Below, in pieces: positions 31,922 through 45,796 of a DNA stretch of 64,000 nucleotides (its first letter is position 1; every line of letters begins with the position of its first letter). Both the position numbers and the translations under genes were made by a program. The notes beneath the pieces are model-generated. The model ran no database searches, was not told the origin of the DNA, and saw only the letters and a program-made list of their open reading frames with translations. Source of the stretch: an uncultured Candidatus Rokubacteria bacterium (GTDB taxonomy: Bacteria; Methylomirabilota; Methylomirabilia; Rokubacteriales; DASRDR01); contig CAWDVE010000021.1 in NCBI GenBank assembly GCA_963805625.1, forward strand, positions 256,001 to 320,000. Reading direction: 5' to 3'.

Positions 31922-33043
31922 TCACGTCTCCCGGCCGGCGAAGTCGATGCGCGGGTCGATGGCGACGTAGGTGAGGTCGCTCACCAGGTTCAGTAGGAGC
32001 CCGACGAACGTGTAGATGTAGAGCGTGCCGAACATGATCGGGTAGTCGCGGTTGATCGCCGCCTCGAAGCCGAGGAGCCCGAGTCCGTCGAGAGAGAAGA
32101 TCACCTCGATCAGGAGGGCGCCGGTGAACAGGATCCCGATGAAGGCGGCGGGGAAGCCGGCGACCACGATCAGCATCGCGTTGCGGAAGACGTGGCCGTA
32201 GAGCACGCGCCGCGCCGTCAGCCCCTTGGAGCGCGCCGTCGTGACGTACTGCTTGTTGATCTCCTCCAGGAAGGAGTTCTTGGTGAGCATGGTCAGCCCC
32301 GCAAACCCGCCGACGAGGAGGGCGACGACCGGCAGCGTGATATGCCAGAAGTAATCGACGATCCGGCCCGCCCAGCTCAGCTCCCGCCAGTGGTCGGAGG
32401 TGAGCCCGCGGAGCGGAAACCAGTCGAGGAAGCTCCCGCCGGCGAACAGAACGACCAGGAGGATGGCGAAGAGAAAGCCCGGGATCGCGTAGCCGACGAT
32501 CACGACGGCGCTGGTCCAGACGTCGAAAGTGGAGCCGTCACGCACGGCCTTGGCGATCCCGAGCGGGATCGACACCAGGTAGATCAGCAACGTCGTCCAC
32601 AGGCCGAGCGAGATCGACACCGGCATCTTCTCGACGATCAGGTCGACGACAGGGCGATCCTGGAAGAAGCTCGTGCCGAAGTCGAACATGACGTAGCTCC
32701 GGATCATGCGCACGAACCGCTCGGGGGCGGGGCGGTCGAAGCCGTACTGCCGCTCGAGCTGGCGGATCAGCTCGGGGTCGAGCCCGCGCGCGCCGCGGTA
32801 CTTCTCGGTCACGTCGCCGGCCTGGGCCGCGCCCTGGGCGGGCCGCGCCGCCCCCGTTCCCGTCTCCCCGCCGCCCGAGCCGCCGACCCGCGCGGTCGCC
32901 TCCACCGCGTGGCCACGCAGGCGGGCAATCATGAGCTCGACAGGCCCGCCCGGCGCCGCCTGGACCACGATGAAGTTGATGACCATGATGCCGAACAGCG
33001 TGGGGACGATCAGCAGCAGGCGACGGACGAGGTAGGCGAGCAT
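31922..33043 (-). CDS. yejB: Microcin C/peptide ABC permease
   Basis: [36 protein letters not shown]. Confidence 0.9.
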   Translation of the reverse strand: MLAYLVRRLLLIVPTLFGIMVINFIVVQAAPGGPVELMIARLRGHAVEATARVGGSGGGETGTGAARPAQGAAQAGDVTEKYRGARGLDPELIRQLERQYGFDRPAPERFVRMIRSYVMFDFGTSFFQDRPVVDLIVEKMPVSISLGLWTTLLIYLVSIPLGIAKAVRDGSTFDVWTSAVVIVGYAIPGFLFAILLVVLFAGGSFLDWFPLRGLTSDHWRELSWAGRIVDYFWHITLPVVALLVGGFAGLTMLTKNSFLEEINKQYVTTARSKGLTARRVLYGHVFRNAMLIVVAGFPAAFIGILFTGALLIEVIFSLDGLGLLGFEAAINRDYPIMFGTLYIYTFVGLLLNLVSDLTYVAIDPRIDFAGRET

Positions 33044-33058
33044 CAGCGCTCGGCGAGA

Positions 33059-34933
33059 CTACTTGGGGATCTCGCCCTTGCGCCGCGCGAGCGCGGCCTC
33101 CTTCTGCGGGTCGACCCACCACGTGTCGAACCCGAGCGCGTACTTCGGCGAGACGGCCGGCCGGCTGAACTTGTCCCAGTGGACGACGCGGTAGGCCCGG
33201 ATGTGCCAGTGCGGGATGACGTAGTGGCCCCACAGGAGCACGCGATCGAGCGCGCGGGTGCGGGCGACCAGGCTCGCCCGGTCCGGGGCCGTGACGACGA
33301 GGTCGATGAGCCGGTCCACCGCGGGATCCTTGATGCCGGCGAGGTTCCGGCTCCCCTTGGTGCCGGCGGCCTCGGACCCCCAGAAGTCGCGCTGCTCGTT
33401 CCCGGGCGACAGGGACTGGCCCCACACGAACACGGCCACGTCGAAGTCGAAGTCGTCCTGCCGCTTCTCGTACTGGGCGGCGTCGACGGTCCGGACGCGC
33501 GCGGCGACACCGAGGCGCTCAAGGTTCTTCACGAAGGGGAGCGCGATCCGTTCCCACGTCGGATCGCTGAGCAGGACTTCGAACTGCATCGGCTCCCCGT
33601 GGGCGTTCACCAGCTTCTGCCCCTTGATGGTCCAGCCGGCCTCGCCGAGGAGCCGGAGTGCCTCCCGCGCGCCGTCCCGGATGTTGCCGCTGCCGTCCGT
33701 CGTCGGCGGCTGGTACTCCCGCGTGAAGACCTCGTCCGGGACCTTGCCCCGGAACGCCTCCAGGACCTTCAGCTCCTCGGCGCCCGGGAGCCCGCTCGAG
33801 GCGAGCTCGGAGTTCGAGAAAAAGCTCCGCGTCCGCGTGTAGGCGCCGTAGAAGAGGTTCTTGTTGGCCCACTCGAAGTCGAACGCGTAGGCCAGCGCGC
33901 GGCGCACGCGGGCGTCCTGGAAGATGGGCCGCCGCGTGTTGTACACGAAGGCCTGCATGCCGGTCGGAACCTCGTTCGGGATCTCTTCCTTCTTGATGAG
34001 CCCGTGCGTCACCGCGGGGGAGGCGTAGGCGGTCGCCCAGTTCTTCGCCACGTTCTCCTGGCGGAAGTCGTACTCCCCGCCCTTGAACGCCTCGATGGCC
34101 ACCGTGGTGTCCCGGTAGTAGTCGAAGCGGATCGAGTCGAAGTTCTCCCGGCCCACGTTCACCGGCAGCCGCGCGGCCCAGTAGTCCTTCACCCGGCGAT
34201 ACGTGATCGACCGGCCGGGCTCGACCGACTCGATCCGGTACGCCCCGTTGCCGAGCGGCGGCTCGAGCGTGGTCTTCTCGAAGTCCCGCTTGCTCCAGTA
34301 CGCGCGGGACAACACGGGCAGCTGGCCCACGATCAGGGGCAGCTCGCGGTTGTCCCCGGGGGCGAAGCCGAAGCGGACCTTGCGCTCCCCCACCTTCTCG
34401 GCCTTGGCGACCTGGGCGTAGTAGCTCCGGTAGAAGGGATGGCCCTTCGTCTTGAGCGTCTCGAACGTCCAGATCACGTCCTCGACCGTGATGGGGCTGC
34501 CGTCGTGGAAGCGCGCCTGCGGCCGGAGCGTGAAGGCGACCCATGAGCGGTCCGCCGGCATCTCGATGCTCTCGGCGATGAGCCCGTACTGCGAGAACGG
34601 CTCGTCCTCCGAGGCCACCGTGAGCGTGTCGACGGTGCCGCCGAGCCCCGTGGCCGGAACGCCCTTGAGGACGAACGGGTTCAGCGTGTCGAAGGTGCCG
34701 ATGGCCGCCAGCTTGACGTCCCCGCCCTTGGGCGCTTCCGGGTTGACGTACTGGAAGTGCCGGAACTCCGGCCCGTACTTGAGGTCCCCGTACATCGAGT
34801 GCCCGTGGCCGACCGTGACCTTGGGCGCGCCGGTCTGGGCCGCGGCCGGCCCGGGCGGCCAGAGGAGGAGACCCGCGAGGAGCAGGGCGCCGATGGATCC
34901 CATGGACCTCCCTCCGCGCGGTGTTCGGCTCAT
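33059..34933 (-). CDS. yejA: Microcin C/peptide ABC substrate-binding protein
   Basis: YVNPEAPKGG, GTFDTLNPF, YAFDFEWAN, SPGNEQR, ALDRVLLW. Start ATG 34933 or 34903. Confidence 0.9.
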   Translation of the reverse strand: MSRTPRGGRSMGSIGALLLAGLLLWPPGPAAAQTGAPKVTVGHGHSMYGDLKYGPEFRHFQYVNPEAPKGGDVKLAAIGTFDTLNPFVLKGVPATGLGGTVDTLTVASEDEPFSQYGLIAESIEMPADRSWVAFTLRPQARFHDGSPITVEDVIWTFETLKTKGHPFYRSYYAQVAKAEKVGERKVRFGFAPGDNRELPLIVGQLPVLSRAYWSKRDFEKTTLEPPLGNGAYRIESVEPGRSITYRRVKDYWAARLPVNVGRENFDSIRFDYYRDTTVAIEAFKGGEYDFRQENVAKNWATAYASPAVTHGLIKKEEIPNEVPTGMQAFVYNTRRPIFQDARVRRALAYAFDFEWANKNLFYGAYTRTRSFFSNSELASSGLPGAEELKVLEAFRGKVPDEVFTREYQPPTTDGSGNIRDGAREALRLLGEAGWTIKGQKLVNAHGEPMQFEVLLSDPTWERIALPFVKNLERLGVAARVRTVDAAQYEKRQDDFDFDVAVFVWGQSLSPGNEQRDFWGSEAAGTKGSRNLAGIKDPAVDRLIDLVVTAPDRASLVARTRALDRVLLWGHYVIPHWHIRAYRVVHWDKFSRPAVSPKYALGFDTWWVDPQKEAALARRKGEIPK

Positions 34934-34962
34934 GTCCCCGCCATCCGACCGCGGGCTCCCCG

Positions 34963-35301
34963 CTACTTCGGCACGGCGGGCGGCACTGCCGGCACGGCGG
35001 GCGGCACTGCCGGCGCGGCGGGCGCCGGGGTCTCGGCCGGCGCGGGCACGGTCGCCGGCACGACCGACTGGGCCCTCGAGGAGAGCTTCGCCAGGCTGAA
35101 CGAGGTGATCATGAACAGGATCGCGACCACGGTCGTGATCTTGCCCAGGATCGTCGGCGTGCCCATGGAGCCGAAGACCGCCTGGCTCCCGCCCCCGCCG
35201 AACGCCGAGCCGATGTCGGCTCCCTTGCCGGCCTGGAGCAGCACGATCCCGATGATGGCGAGGCACACGAGAATATGCACGGCGACCAGCACGTAGAACA
35301 C
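34963..35301 (-). CDS. secG: Preprotein translocase subunit SecG
   Basis: VLLQAGKGADIGSAFGGG motif, downstream of tpiA. Confidence 0.92.
   Translation of the reverse strand: MFYVLVAVHILVCLAIIGIVLLQAGKGADIGSAFGGGGSQAVFGSMGTPTILGKITTVVAILFMITSFSLAKLSSRAQSVVPATVPAPAETPAPAAPAVPPAVPAVPPAVPK
34969..35026. repeat. 21-bp tandem repeat (about 2.7 copies) encoding the SecG Pro/Ala/Val tail
   Basis: CGGCACGGCGGGCGGCACTGC twice exactly, plus a partial third copy. Confidence 0.8.
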
Positions 35302-35436
35302 GGCAGGCTCCTCACTCGGGCGGCAGGGGCGCGCGGCGCGCCCCCGACGTCCCGCGTCGATCATGCGGCCCGATCTGGCCCAACACTCCCAAAGCGGCCC
35401 TGGGTCGCCAGCAGTCCCAGCAGTCGATGACACCAG

Positions 35437-36252
35437 TCATGGTGCCTCAGCGCGCGAGCGCCCCGCCCGCCCCTTGGCCTCGAGGCCGGCGCGGACGATG
35501 CCGATGAAATCGGTCGCCTTGAGGCTCGCCCCGCCCACGAGGGCGCCGTCGATGTCGGGCTCCGTCATGAGCGCCGACGTCACCTCGGGCTTGACGCTGC
35601 CGCCGTAGAGGATGGGGCACGCCGCCGCGACCGCCGGGCCCGCCCGCCGCCCGAGCGCCAGGCGCAGCTGTGCGTGAACCTCGGCGGCTTGCGCCGGGGT
35701 CGCCGTCTGCCCCGTCCCGATCGCCCAGACGGGCTCGTAGGCGAGCCAGCAGCGCCCCGCCTCCGCGGCCGACCGCTCGCCGAGGGCGGCGTCGAGCTGG
35801 CGGGTGACCACCGCGAGCGTCCGCTCGGCCGTGCGCTCGGCGGCCGTCTCGCCGACGCAGACGAGCGGCGTGAGGCCCTGGGCGAGCGCCGCCGTCACCT
35901 TCCGCCGCACGACCTCATCGGTCTCCCCGAAACCGTGGCGCCGCTCGGAGTGCCCGAGGATGACGAGCCGAGCGCCCGCGTCCCACACCTGCGCCGGCGA
36001 CACCGACCCCGTGAAGGCCCCGGCCGTCTCCCAGTGCGCGTCCTGGGCGCCGAGGAGGACGGTGGACCCGGCCAGCACCTCCGCGACCGCAGCCAGCGCC
36101 GTGAAGGGCGGGCACACGGCAACGCGGATCCCTGCGAGCCCGCGGCAGCCGTCGCGGACAGCCGCCGCCAGCGCCCGCGCCTCGGCGAGGCTCGCGTGCA
36201 TCTTCCAGTTGCCCGCGATCACGGGCGTGCGCGGCACGCCGCCGTCCATCAT
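35437..36252 (-). CDS. tpiA: Triosephosphate isomerase
   Basis: AGNWKM, GHSERR, AYEPVWAIGTG, YGGSV. Confidence 0.96.
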   Translation of the reverse strand: MMDGGVPRTPVIAGNWKMHASLAEARALAAAVRDGCRGLAGIRVAVCPPFTALAAVAEVLAGSTVLLGAQDAHWETAGAFTGSVSPAQVWDAGARLVILGHSERRHGFGETDEVVRRKVTAALAQGLTPLVCVGETAAERTAERTLAVVTRQLDAALGERSAAEAGRCWLAYEPVWAIGTGQTATPAQAAEVHAQLRLALGRRAGPAVAAACPILYGGSVKPEVTSALMTEPDIDGALVGGASLKATDFIGIVRAGLEAKGRAGRSRAEAP

Positions 36253-37439
36253 CAGGCGTCGTCCAGGGCGGCCACGCCCGGCAGGGTCCGTCCCTCGAGG
36301 TACTCGAGGAACGCGCCGCCGCCCGTGGAGAGATAGCCGATCCGATCGGCGACCCCCGCCGCCTGGATGGCGGCCACCGTGTCCCCGCCGCCGATGACCG
36401 ACAGGGCGGGCGCGTCCGCCACCGCGCGCGCCAGCCCGAGCGTTCCGGCCGCGAACGGCGTCCGCTCGAAGACGCCCATCGGCCCGTTCCAGACGATGGT
36501 CCGGCTGTCGCGGAGGGCGTCCGTGAAGTGCCGGACGGTCGCGGGGCCGATGTCGAGCCCCATGAGATCCGCGGGAATCGCGTGGCTCTCGACGACCTGG
36601 CCCGCCCCGGCGTCGGGCGAGCCCGCCACCACCGTGTCGACGGGCAGCCGGAAGTCCACTCCCCGCGTCCGCGCATGCTCGAGGAGGTGGCGGGCTGTGT
36701 CGACCAGACTCGCCTCGAGGAGCGACCGCCCGACCTCGTGCCCCTGGGCGCGGAGGAACGTGAACGCCATCCCGCCGCCGACCAGCAGCCGATCGACACG
36801 GCCGAGGAGCGACTCGATCAGGGCGAGCTTGTCGGAGACCTTGGCGCCCCCGAGGATGGCGACGAGCGGGCGCACGGGGGCGTCGAAGATCCGCGCCAGA
36901 GCGGTGAGCTCCTGCTTCATGAGGAGCCCGGCCACGGCCGGCCGGAGATGCCGCGTGATCCCCTCCGTCGAGGCGTGGGCGCGGTGGGCCGCGGCGAAGG
37001 CGTCGTCCACGTAGACGTCCCCGAGCCGCGCCAGGGCCCGCGCGAACACAGGATCGTTCGCCTCTTCGCCCGGGTGGAAGCGGAGGTTCTCGAGGAGGAG
37101 CACGCCCCCCAGCGGCAGCGCCCCCGCCTGGCTCTCGACGGCCGACCCGACGCAGTCGGCCGCCAGCGGGATGGACTCCCCGAGCAGCGCCCCGAGGCGC
37201 CGCGCCACGGGCGCCAGCGAGAACTTCGCCTCTGACCCGCCCTTGGGCCGGCCGAGGTGCGAGGCCACGACCATCGCGCGCGCGCCTCGCGTCCGCGCGT
37301 GGCGGAGGGTCGGCAGCGCCGCCCGGATCCGCGCATCCTCGCTCACCTCGCCGTCACGCCCGAGCGGGACGTTGAAGTCGACCCGCACGAACACCCGGCG
37401 GTCCCGGAGGTCGAGGTCCTCGATGGTGCGCTTGGGCAT
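36252..37439 (-). CDS. pgk: Phosphoglycerate kinase
   Basis: [27 protein letters not shown]. Confidence 0.96.
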   Translation of the reverse strand: MPKRTIEDLDLRDRRVFVRVDFNVPLGRDGEVSEDARIRAALPTLRHARTRGARAMVVASHLGRPKGGSEAKFSLAPVARRLGALLGESIPLAADCVGSAVESQAGALPLGGVLLLENLRFHPGEEANDPVFARALARLGDVYVDDAFAAAHRAHASTEGITRHLRPAVAGLLMKQELTALARIFDAPVRPLVAILGGAKVSDKLALIESLLGRVDRLLVGGGMAFTFLRAQGHEVGRSLLEASLVDTARHLLEHARTRGVDFRLPVDTVVAGSPDAGAGQVVESHAIPADLMGLDIGPATVRHFTDALRDSRTIVWNGPMGVFERTPFAAGTLGLARAVADAPALSVIGGGDTVAAIQAAGVADRIGYLSTGGGAFLEYLEGRTLPGVAALDDA

Positions 37440-37490
37440 GGCGAGGGACAGGCGCGGCCGGCCGGGCCCGGCCGCTCCGGGGTCCGGAGC

Positions 37491-38583
<1,093 letters not shown>

Positions 38584-38620
38584 CGAGCGCGCGGCTCCCC
38601 GCGCGGTCACCCCGCCGGCG

Positions 38621-39367
38621 TCAGCGCAGGACGACGCGCGCGAGGGTGAGCACGCCGACGGCGACGGCCCCCGCCGCTCGGAGCGCCCGGGCCGCGGCGC
38701 CGACGGTCGCGCCCGTCGTGAGGACGTCGTCGACGAGCAAGACACGCCGGCCCTCTACCGCGGCCGGCCGCGGGACCCGGAAGGCGTCCCGGACGTTGGC
38801 GCGCCGGGCCGCCGGGTCGAGGTCGGTCTGGGGGAGCGTCGGGCGCGTGCGGACCAGGACGCGCGGGAGGACCGGGACGCGCCACCGGGCCGCGCACGGC
38901 GCGGCCAGGAGCTCGGCCTGGTTGAACCCGCGCTCCGCGAGGCGCGCGGGATGGAGGGGGACGGGGACCAGCCCGTCCGCCCAGTCCCCCGGCGGGGCTG
39001 GCAGGGCGCGGGCGCCCACCTCGGCCAGGAGCCGCCCGAGCGGCGTCGCCAGGACGGGCCGGCCGGCGAACTTCAGCGCGTGGATCGCCTCCCGCATCCC
39101 GTCGCGGTACTCGGCGACGGCGCGGGCGAAGGCGTAAGGCGGCGGCGTTCGCCGGCACGCGTCGCACGGGAGCGCTCCGCCCAGCCCCGGGAAGGGCTCG
39201 CCGCACACGGAGCAGCCCGGTCCGAGGCCCACCGGCAGCGCCGCCCAGCAAGGGCCGCAGAACGGGCGGTGGGCGGGATCGTCCGAGCGAGCGAGGCAGA
39301 CCGGGCAGACGACCGGAAAAACGAGATCGAGGACAGGCTCGAACCAGCGGACGAGGTCGAGGGCCAT
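38621..39367 (-). CDS. comF: ComF family protein (zinc ribbon + PRTase)
   Basis: CxxC pairs, RGFNQA, LLVDDVLTTGAT. Confidence 0.88.
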   Translation of the reverse strand: MALDLVRWFEPVLDLVFPVVCPVCLARSDDPAHRPFCGPCWAALPVGLGPGCSVCGEPFPGLGGALPCDACRRTPPPYAFARAVAEYRDGMREAIHALKFAGRPVLATPLGRLLAEVGARALPAPPGDWADGLVPVPLHPARLAERGFNQAELLAAPCAARWRVPVLPRVLVRTRPTLPQTDLDPAARRANVRDAFRVPRPAAVEGRRVLLVDDVLTTGATVGAAARALRAAGAVAVGVLTLARVVLR

Positions 39368-39393
39368 CGTGGGGCCCCCCGGGGGAGCCGGGC

Positions 39394-39771
39394 TCAGCCG
39401 GCGGCGGCCTTGTCCTCGCGCTCGAGGCGCCGCTGGCACTCGATGCAGTAGCGCGCGAACGGGAGGGCGTCCAGCCGCTTCTCACCGATCCCTTCCCCGC
39501 ACCGCTCGCACTCGCCGAAGCCGCCCTCGTCGAACTTGCGGAGCGCGGTCATCACCTCGCGCAGGAGCCGCCGGTCGCCGTTGCCCAGCTCGAACTGGAA
39601 CTCGCGAGTGTACGCCGTGTTGGCCTGGTCGCCGAGGTCCTTGGTGGTGTCGTCGTCGAGGCCCTTCTCGTACGCCACACTCCGGCCGACCTCGTCCTCG
39701 AGCTGACGGCGCTTGGCCACGAGCGCCGCGCGCAACTCCCTCAGCCGCTCAGGTCCGAGCGTGGTCGCCAT
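39394..39771 (-). CDS. DksA/TraR C4 zinc-finger protein
   Basis: DLGDQA coiled-coil tip, CERC...RL.ALP.A..CIEC. Confidence 0.88.
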   Translation of the reverse strand: MATTLGPERLRELRAALVAKRRQLEDEVGRSVAYEKGLDDDTTKDLGDQANTAYTREFQFELGNGDRRLLREVMTALRKFDEGGFGECERCGEGIGEKRLDALPFARYCIECQRRLEREDKAAAG

Positions 39772-39858
39772 CGCCGCTCCGCATCCTCCGCAGCGCCCAG
39801 GCTATCGCGCCCCGGGCGCGTAGGTCACCGTAGCACGCGCTCCCGGGGGTGTCCACAC

Positions 39859-40209
39859 TCAGGCTTCGATGGGTAGCTCGGGCGCGTCTCCCCACAAACG
39901 GTCGAGCGCGTAGAAGGCTCGCGTCTCCGGCAGGAAGACGTGCACGACGACGTCTCCGTAGTCGAGGAGGAGCCAGCCCGACGCGGCGACGCCCTCGCGA
40001 TGGAGGGCACGATAGCCCTCGGCCTTGAGCGCCGCCTCGATCGCCTCCGCGATCGTCTGCACGTGCGTCGTCGACGAGCCGGTGCAGAGGACGAAGTAAT
40101 CGGCGATCCCGGACAGGGCGGCGAGGTCGAGCACCTGGAGGACCTGCGCCCGCTTGTCGAGGGCGGCGCGGGCCGACAGCCGAGCCTTCTCCGCGACGGA
40201 CTTGGGCAC
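39859..40209 (-). CDS. rsfS: Ribosome silencing factor
   Basis: ALDKRA, ADYFVLCTG, WLLLDYGDVVVHVF, FYALDRLW. Confidence 0.93.
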   Translation of the reverse strand: MPKSVAEKARLSARAALDKRAQVLQVLDLAALSGIADYFVLCTGSSTTHVQTIAEAIEAALKAEGYRALHREGVAASGWLLLDYGDVVVHVFLPETRAFYALDRLWGDAPELPIEA

Positions 40210-40210
40210 G

Positions 40211-40879
40211 CTAGGCGGGCTCCTCGTAGAGGCCGTGCTGGCCGATGTACTCGGCGACGGCCAGCGGCACTTCGGCCCGGACGCTCTCCCCGGCGGCGAG
40301 GCGCTCGCGCACGCCTCGCGCCGACACGGCGACCGATCGCGTCTCGACCAGCGCGCAATCGCCGGGCGCCAGGGCCTCCGGAGCGACCGGGGGCACGCGA
40401 CGCCAGCTCGTCCGGCCGAGCCGCGCGAGCACGGCCCGCGCCGCCGGGCCATCCGGCTCGAATGCGCTGCCGGCCCGGTAGCCCACGCCGAAGGTCGCGA
40501 AGATGCCCAGCCGCTCCGGCGTCCGCCAGGTGGGTAGGTCGAGGAACGTGTCGCTGCCCATCAGGAGGAACAGCCGCGCGCCCGCCCAGTCGCCCGCCAG
40601 CGCCTCAACAGTGTCGACCGAGTACGACGGCCCGGCCCGCTCGATCTCGACCGGGCACGCCACGAAGCCCGGGTGCCCCGCCACGGCCAGGCTCACCATC
40701 GCGTAGCGGTGGAGGGCGGAGACGAGCCCGCACGGCGGCTTGTGGGGCGGCGTCCCGGCCGGCACGAACAGGACGCGGTCCAGCGCCAGGCGCTCGCGGA
40801 ACGCCTCCGCGAGGACCAGGTGCCCCAGATGGATCGGGTTGAACGTGCCGCCGAAGATACCGAGCCGCCACTCCGCCAT
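40211..40879 (-). CDS. nadD: Nicotinate-nucleotide adenylyltransferase
   Basis: GGTFNPIHLGH, PPHK, SYSVDT. Confidence 0.94.
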   Translation of the reverse strand: MAEWRLGIFGGTFNPIHLGHLVLAEAFRERLALDRVLFVPAGTPPHKPPCGLVSALHRYAMVSLAVAGHPGFVACPVEIERAGPSYSVDTVEALAGDWAGARLFLLMGSDTFLDLPTWRTPERLGIFATFGVGYRAGSAFEPDGPAARAVLARLGRTSWRRVPPVAPEALAPGDCALVETRSVAVSARGVRERLAAGESVRAEVPLAVAEYIGQHGLYEEPA

Positions 40880-40912
40880 CGGCGGCCCGTCAGAGGGAGG
40901 CTCCCGCCACGG

Positions 40913-42178
40913 CTACTCGCGGATCTGCCCGGAGCCCATCACCACGAACTTCGTCGTGGTGAGCTCCTCGACGCCGACCGGACCGCGCGCGTGGAGCTTC
41001 GACGTGGAGATCCCGAGCTCCGCGCCCATGCCGAACTGCTGCCCATCGACCAGGCGCGTCGAGGCGTTGACCAGGACGCAGGCGGCGTCCACCTCGGCCA
41101 CGAAGCGGCGCGCCGCCAGATAGTCCCGCGTCACGATGGCCTCCGCCAGCCCCGAGCCGTGCCGCCGGATGTGCTCCACGGCCTCGTCGAAGCTCGGGAC
41201 GACCCGGACCGCCAGGATCAGATCGAGATACTCCGTATCCCAGTCGGTCTCGGTCGCCGGCCGGGTGCCCGGGACGAGCTCGCACGTGCGGGAACAGCCC
41301 CGGAGCTCGACGCCGGCGGCGCGGAAGCGCGCGGCGACCGCGGGCAGGAAGGTGGGTGCGGCGTCCGCGTGGACCAGGAGCGTCTCGAGCGCGTTGCACA
41401 CGCCGGGGCGCTGGGCCTTCGCATTGACCGCGATGTCGGCCGCCATGTGGAGGTCGGCCCCAGCGTCGACGTAGACGTGGCAGAGCCCCTTGTCGTGCTT
41501 GAGGATCGGGATCGTGGCGCGCTCGGCCACCAGACGGACGAACGCCTCGCCGCCGCGCGGCACGATGAGGTCGACGTACCGGTCGAGCGTGATCAGGATC
41601 TCGACGGCCTCGCGGTCGGGCACGTCGATGAACCCGAGCGCCGCGGGCGGGAGCCCGGCCTTCTCGAGGCCCTTGGCCAGAATCGCCGCGATGACCCCGT
41701 TCGACTCGAGCGCCTCGCGGCCGCCGCGCAGCACGCAGGCGTTCCCGCTCTTGACGCAGAGCGCCGCGGCATCGGCGGTCACGTTCGGCCGGCTCTCGTA
41801 GATGAACCCGACCACGCCGAGCGGCACGCGGACCTTCGCGATCTCGATCCCGTTCGGCCGCCGCCAGCCGCGGACCGTCTCCCCGACGGGATCCGGGAGC
41901 GCGGCGACCTGGCGGATCCCCGCCACCATGCCCTCGACCCGCGCGTCCGTGAGCGTGAGGCGGTCGAGGAACGCCCGCGGATGGCCCTGCCCGCGCGCCC
42001 GCTCGAGGTCCGCCCGGTTCGCCTCGAGGACGGCGGGGACCTTCTCCTCGAGCCCGCGCGCCATGGCGAGGAGCGCCTCGCCTTTCACGCGCGCGTTGGC
42101 GAGCGCCAGGGTCCGGGCGGCCTCGCGCGCGGCCCGGGCACGCGTCTCGACCAGCTCGCGCACGTCGATCGCCGGCAC
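40913..42178 (-). CDS. proA: Glutamate-5-semialdehyde dehydrogenase
   Basis: YESRPNVT, CNALETLL, NASTR, STSKLHARGP. Confidence 0.95.
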   Translation of the reverse strand: MPAIDVRELVETRARAAREAARTLALANARVKGEALLAMARGLEEKVPAVLEANRADLERARGQGHPRAFLDRLTLTDARVEGMVAGIRQVAALPDPVGETVRGWRRPNGIEIAKVRVPLGVVGFIYESRPNVTADAAALCVKSGNACVLRGGREALESNGVIAAILAKGLEKAGLPPAALGFIDVPDREAVEILITLDRYVDLIVPRGGEAFVRLVAERATIPILKHDKGLCHVYVDAGADLHMAADIAVNAKAQRPGVCNALETLLVHADAAPTFLPAVAARFRAAGVELRGCSRTCELVPGTRPATETDWDTEYLDLILAVRVVPSFDEAVEHIRRHGSGLAEAIVTRDYLAARRFVAEVDAACVLVNASTRLVDGQQFGMGAELGISTSKLHARGPVGVEELTTTKFVVMGSGQIRE

Positions 42179-42206
42179 GGCCCTAGACTATCATGGGGTT
42201 ACGGGG

Positions 42207-44374
<2,168 letters not shown>

Positions 44375-44638
44375 CTAGGAGGCGGCGGCTTCTTCGCGGA
44401 CGCTCACGAGCCGCCGGCCGTTGCGCTCCTCGAAGCCGACGACGCCGCTCGCCTTGGCGAACAGCGTGAAGTCGACCCCGAGGCCAACGTTCCGGCCCGG
44501 GAAGAAGCGCGTCCCGCGCTGGCGGACGAGGATCGAGCCGGCGGGCACCCACTGCCCGGAGAAGCGCTTGACCCCGAGCATCTTCGGCTGGCTGTCCCGG
44601 CCGTTCCGTGAGCTGCCGACACCCTTCTTGTGTGCCAT
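44375..44638 (-). CDS. rpmA: 50S ribosomal protein L27
   Basis: [16 protein letters not shown]. Confidence 0.97.
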   Translation of the reverse strand: MAHKKGVGSSRNGRDSQPKMLGVKRFSGQWVPAGSILVRQRGTRFFPGRNVGLGVDFTLFAKASGVVGFEERNGRRLVSVREEAAAS

Positions 44639-44660
44639 GGTTCGGGGGCTCCGTGTGTCC

Positions 44661-44978
44661 TCAGGCGCCCGCGACGATCCGGGTGATCCGGACCTGCGTG
44701 AACGCCTGGCGATGGCCTTGCCGGCGCCGGTAGTTCTTCCGGCGCTTGAACTTCCCCACGACGATCTTCTTGGCCCGGCCGATCCGGACGACCTGGCCGA
44801 GGACGCGCGCGGCCCCGAGCTGGGCGGGGTCTATCACAGGATCACCCTCGGCGCGCAGGTACGCCACCTCGCGGAACTCCACCGTGTCGCCCTGGGCGGT
44901 CGGGAGGCGCTCGAGCCGCACGAGGTCTCCCTCCCGGACCCGGTACTGCTTGCCTCCGGAGATGATCACGGCTTCCAC
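44661..44978 (-). CDS. rplU: 50S ribosomal protein L21
   Basis: [21 protein letters not shown]. Confidence 0.96.
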   Translation of the reverse strand: MEAVIISGGKQYRVREGDLVRLERLPTAQGDTVEFREVAYLRAEGDPVIDPAQLGAARVLGQVVRIGRAKKIVVGKFKRRKNYRRRQGHRQAFTQVRITRIVAGA

Positions 44979-45181
44979 GGGGCTGCCTCCTCGGAGAATG
45001 GCGGCGAATGCGGGCTGTCCGAAGCCCCGATTTGACCACAGCGGTGCGGGGCTGTCAACGTATCCGCCCCCACGTATCCGCCCCCGCGGCCCGGGGGCGG
45101 CCGAGGCGTGGCTCGGCCCGCGCGTGCGTGCGCGGCTCGGGGTCTCGACGCCGGCCGCCGAGCCGGAGGGCTGACCCGCGG

Positions 45182-45796
45182 TCAGCCGTGCCGGAAGTAC
45201 TGCTCGAGGCGCTGGCGCAGGAACAGGCGCGAGCGGTGCACGCGGGACTTGACCGCCGGCAGGCTGATCTCGAGCATCTCGGCGATCTCCGGGTTCGAGA
45301 GCCCCTCCATGTCGTGGAGCACGAACGCCGTCCGGTAGTCCGCCGGGAGGCTGTCGATCGCCTCGCGAAGGCGCCGCCGCGCTTCTGCCTGGAGCGCGGG
45401 ATCCTCGGCCTGCTGGGTCCAGTCGTGTCCGGGTTCGACGAGGTGGCCGTCCCGATCGAAGGCCGGCAGCAAGGCTTCCCAGGACACCTCGTCCTTGCCA
45501 CGCCGGCTCCGGAGCTTCTCATAGGCGGCGTTGGCGGTGATGCGATAGATCCAGCTCCCCAGGGCGGACTCGCCCTTGAACGTGCCGATCTTCCGGACAA
45601 TAGTCCAGAGGACGTCCTGGCTCACCTCCTGGGCGTCTTCGGGGCTGCCCGTGATGCGGAGCGCGAGCCGGTAGATCTTCACGCCGTAGCGGTGGACCAG
45701 CGCTTCCACGGCGCCGGGGGCTTGGGCGAGGAGATCCTGGTGAAGCCGCTGGTCCGGCGTCTCGGCGGACACGACCGGGGCGCGCTCGGTGGTCAT
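45182..45796 (-). CDS. ECF RNA polymerase sigma factor
   Basis: Region 2 (DAQEVSQD...SWIYRI) and region 4 (LP.DYR..FVL.D.EGLSN.EIA...VKSRVHR). Confidence 0.9.
   Translation of the reverse strand: MTTERAPVVSAETPDQRLHQDLLAQAPGAVEALVHRYGVKIYRLALRITGSPEDAQEVSQDVLWTIVRKIGTFKGESALGSWIYRITANAAYEKLRSRRGKDEVSWEALLPAFDRDGHLVEPGHDWTQQAEDPALQAEARRRLREAIDSLPADYRTAFVLHDMEGLSNPEIAEMLEISLPAVKSRVHRSRLFLRQRLEQYFRHG

Noticed and set aside
34969-35026. SecG tail repeat as a regulatory or mobile element
   Set aside because: In-frame low-complexity Pro/Ala/Val tail, common in SecG.
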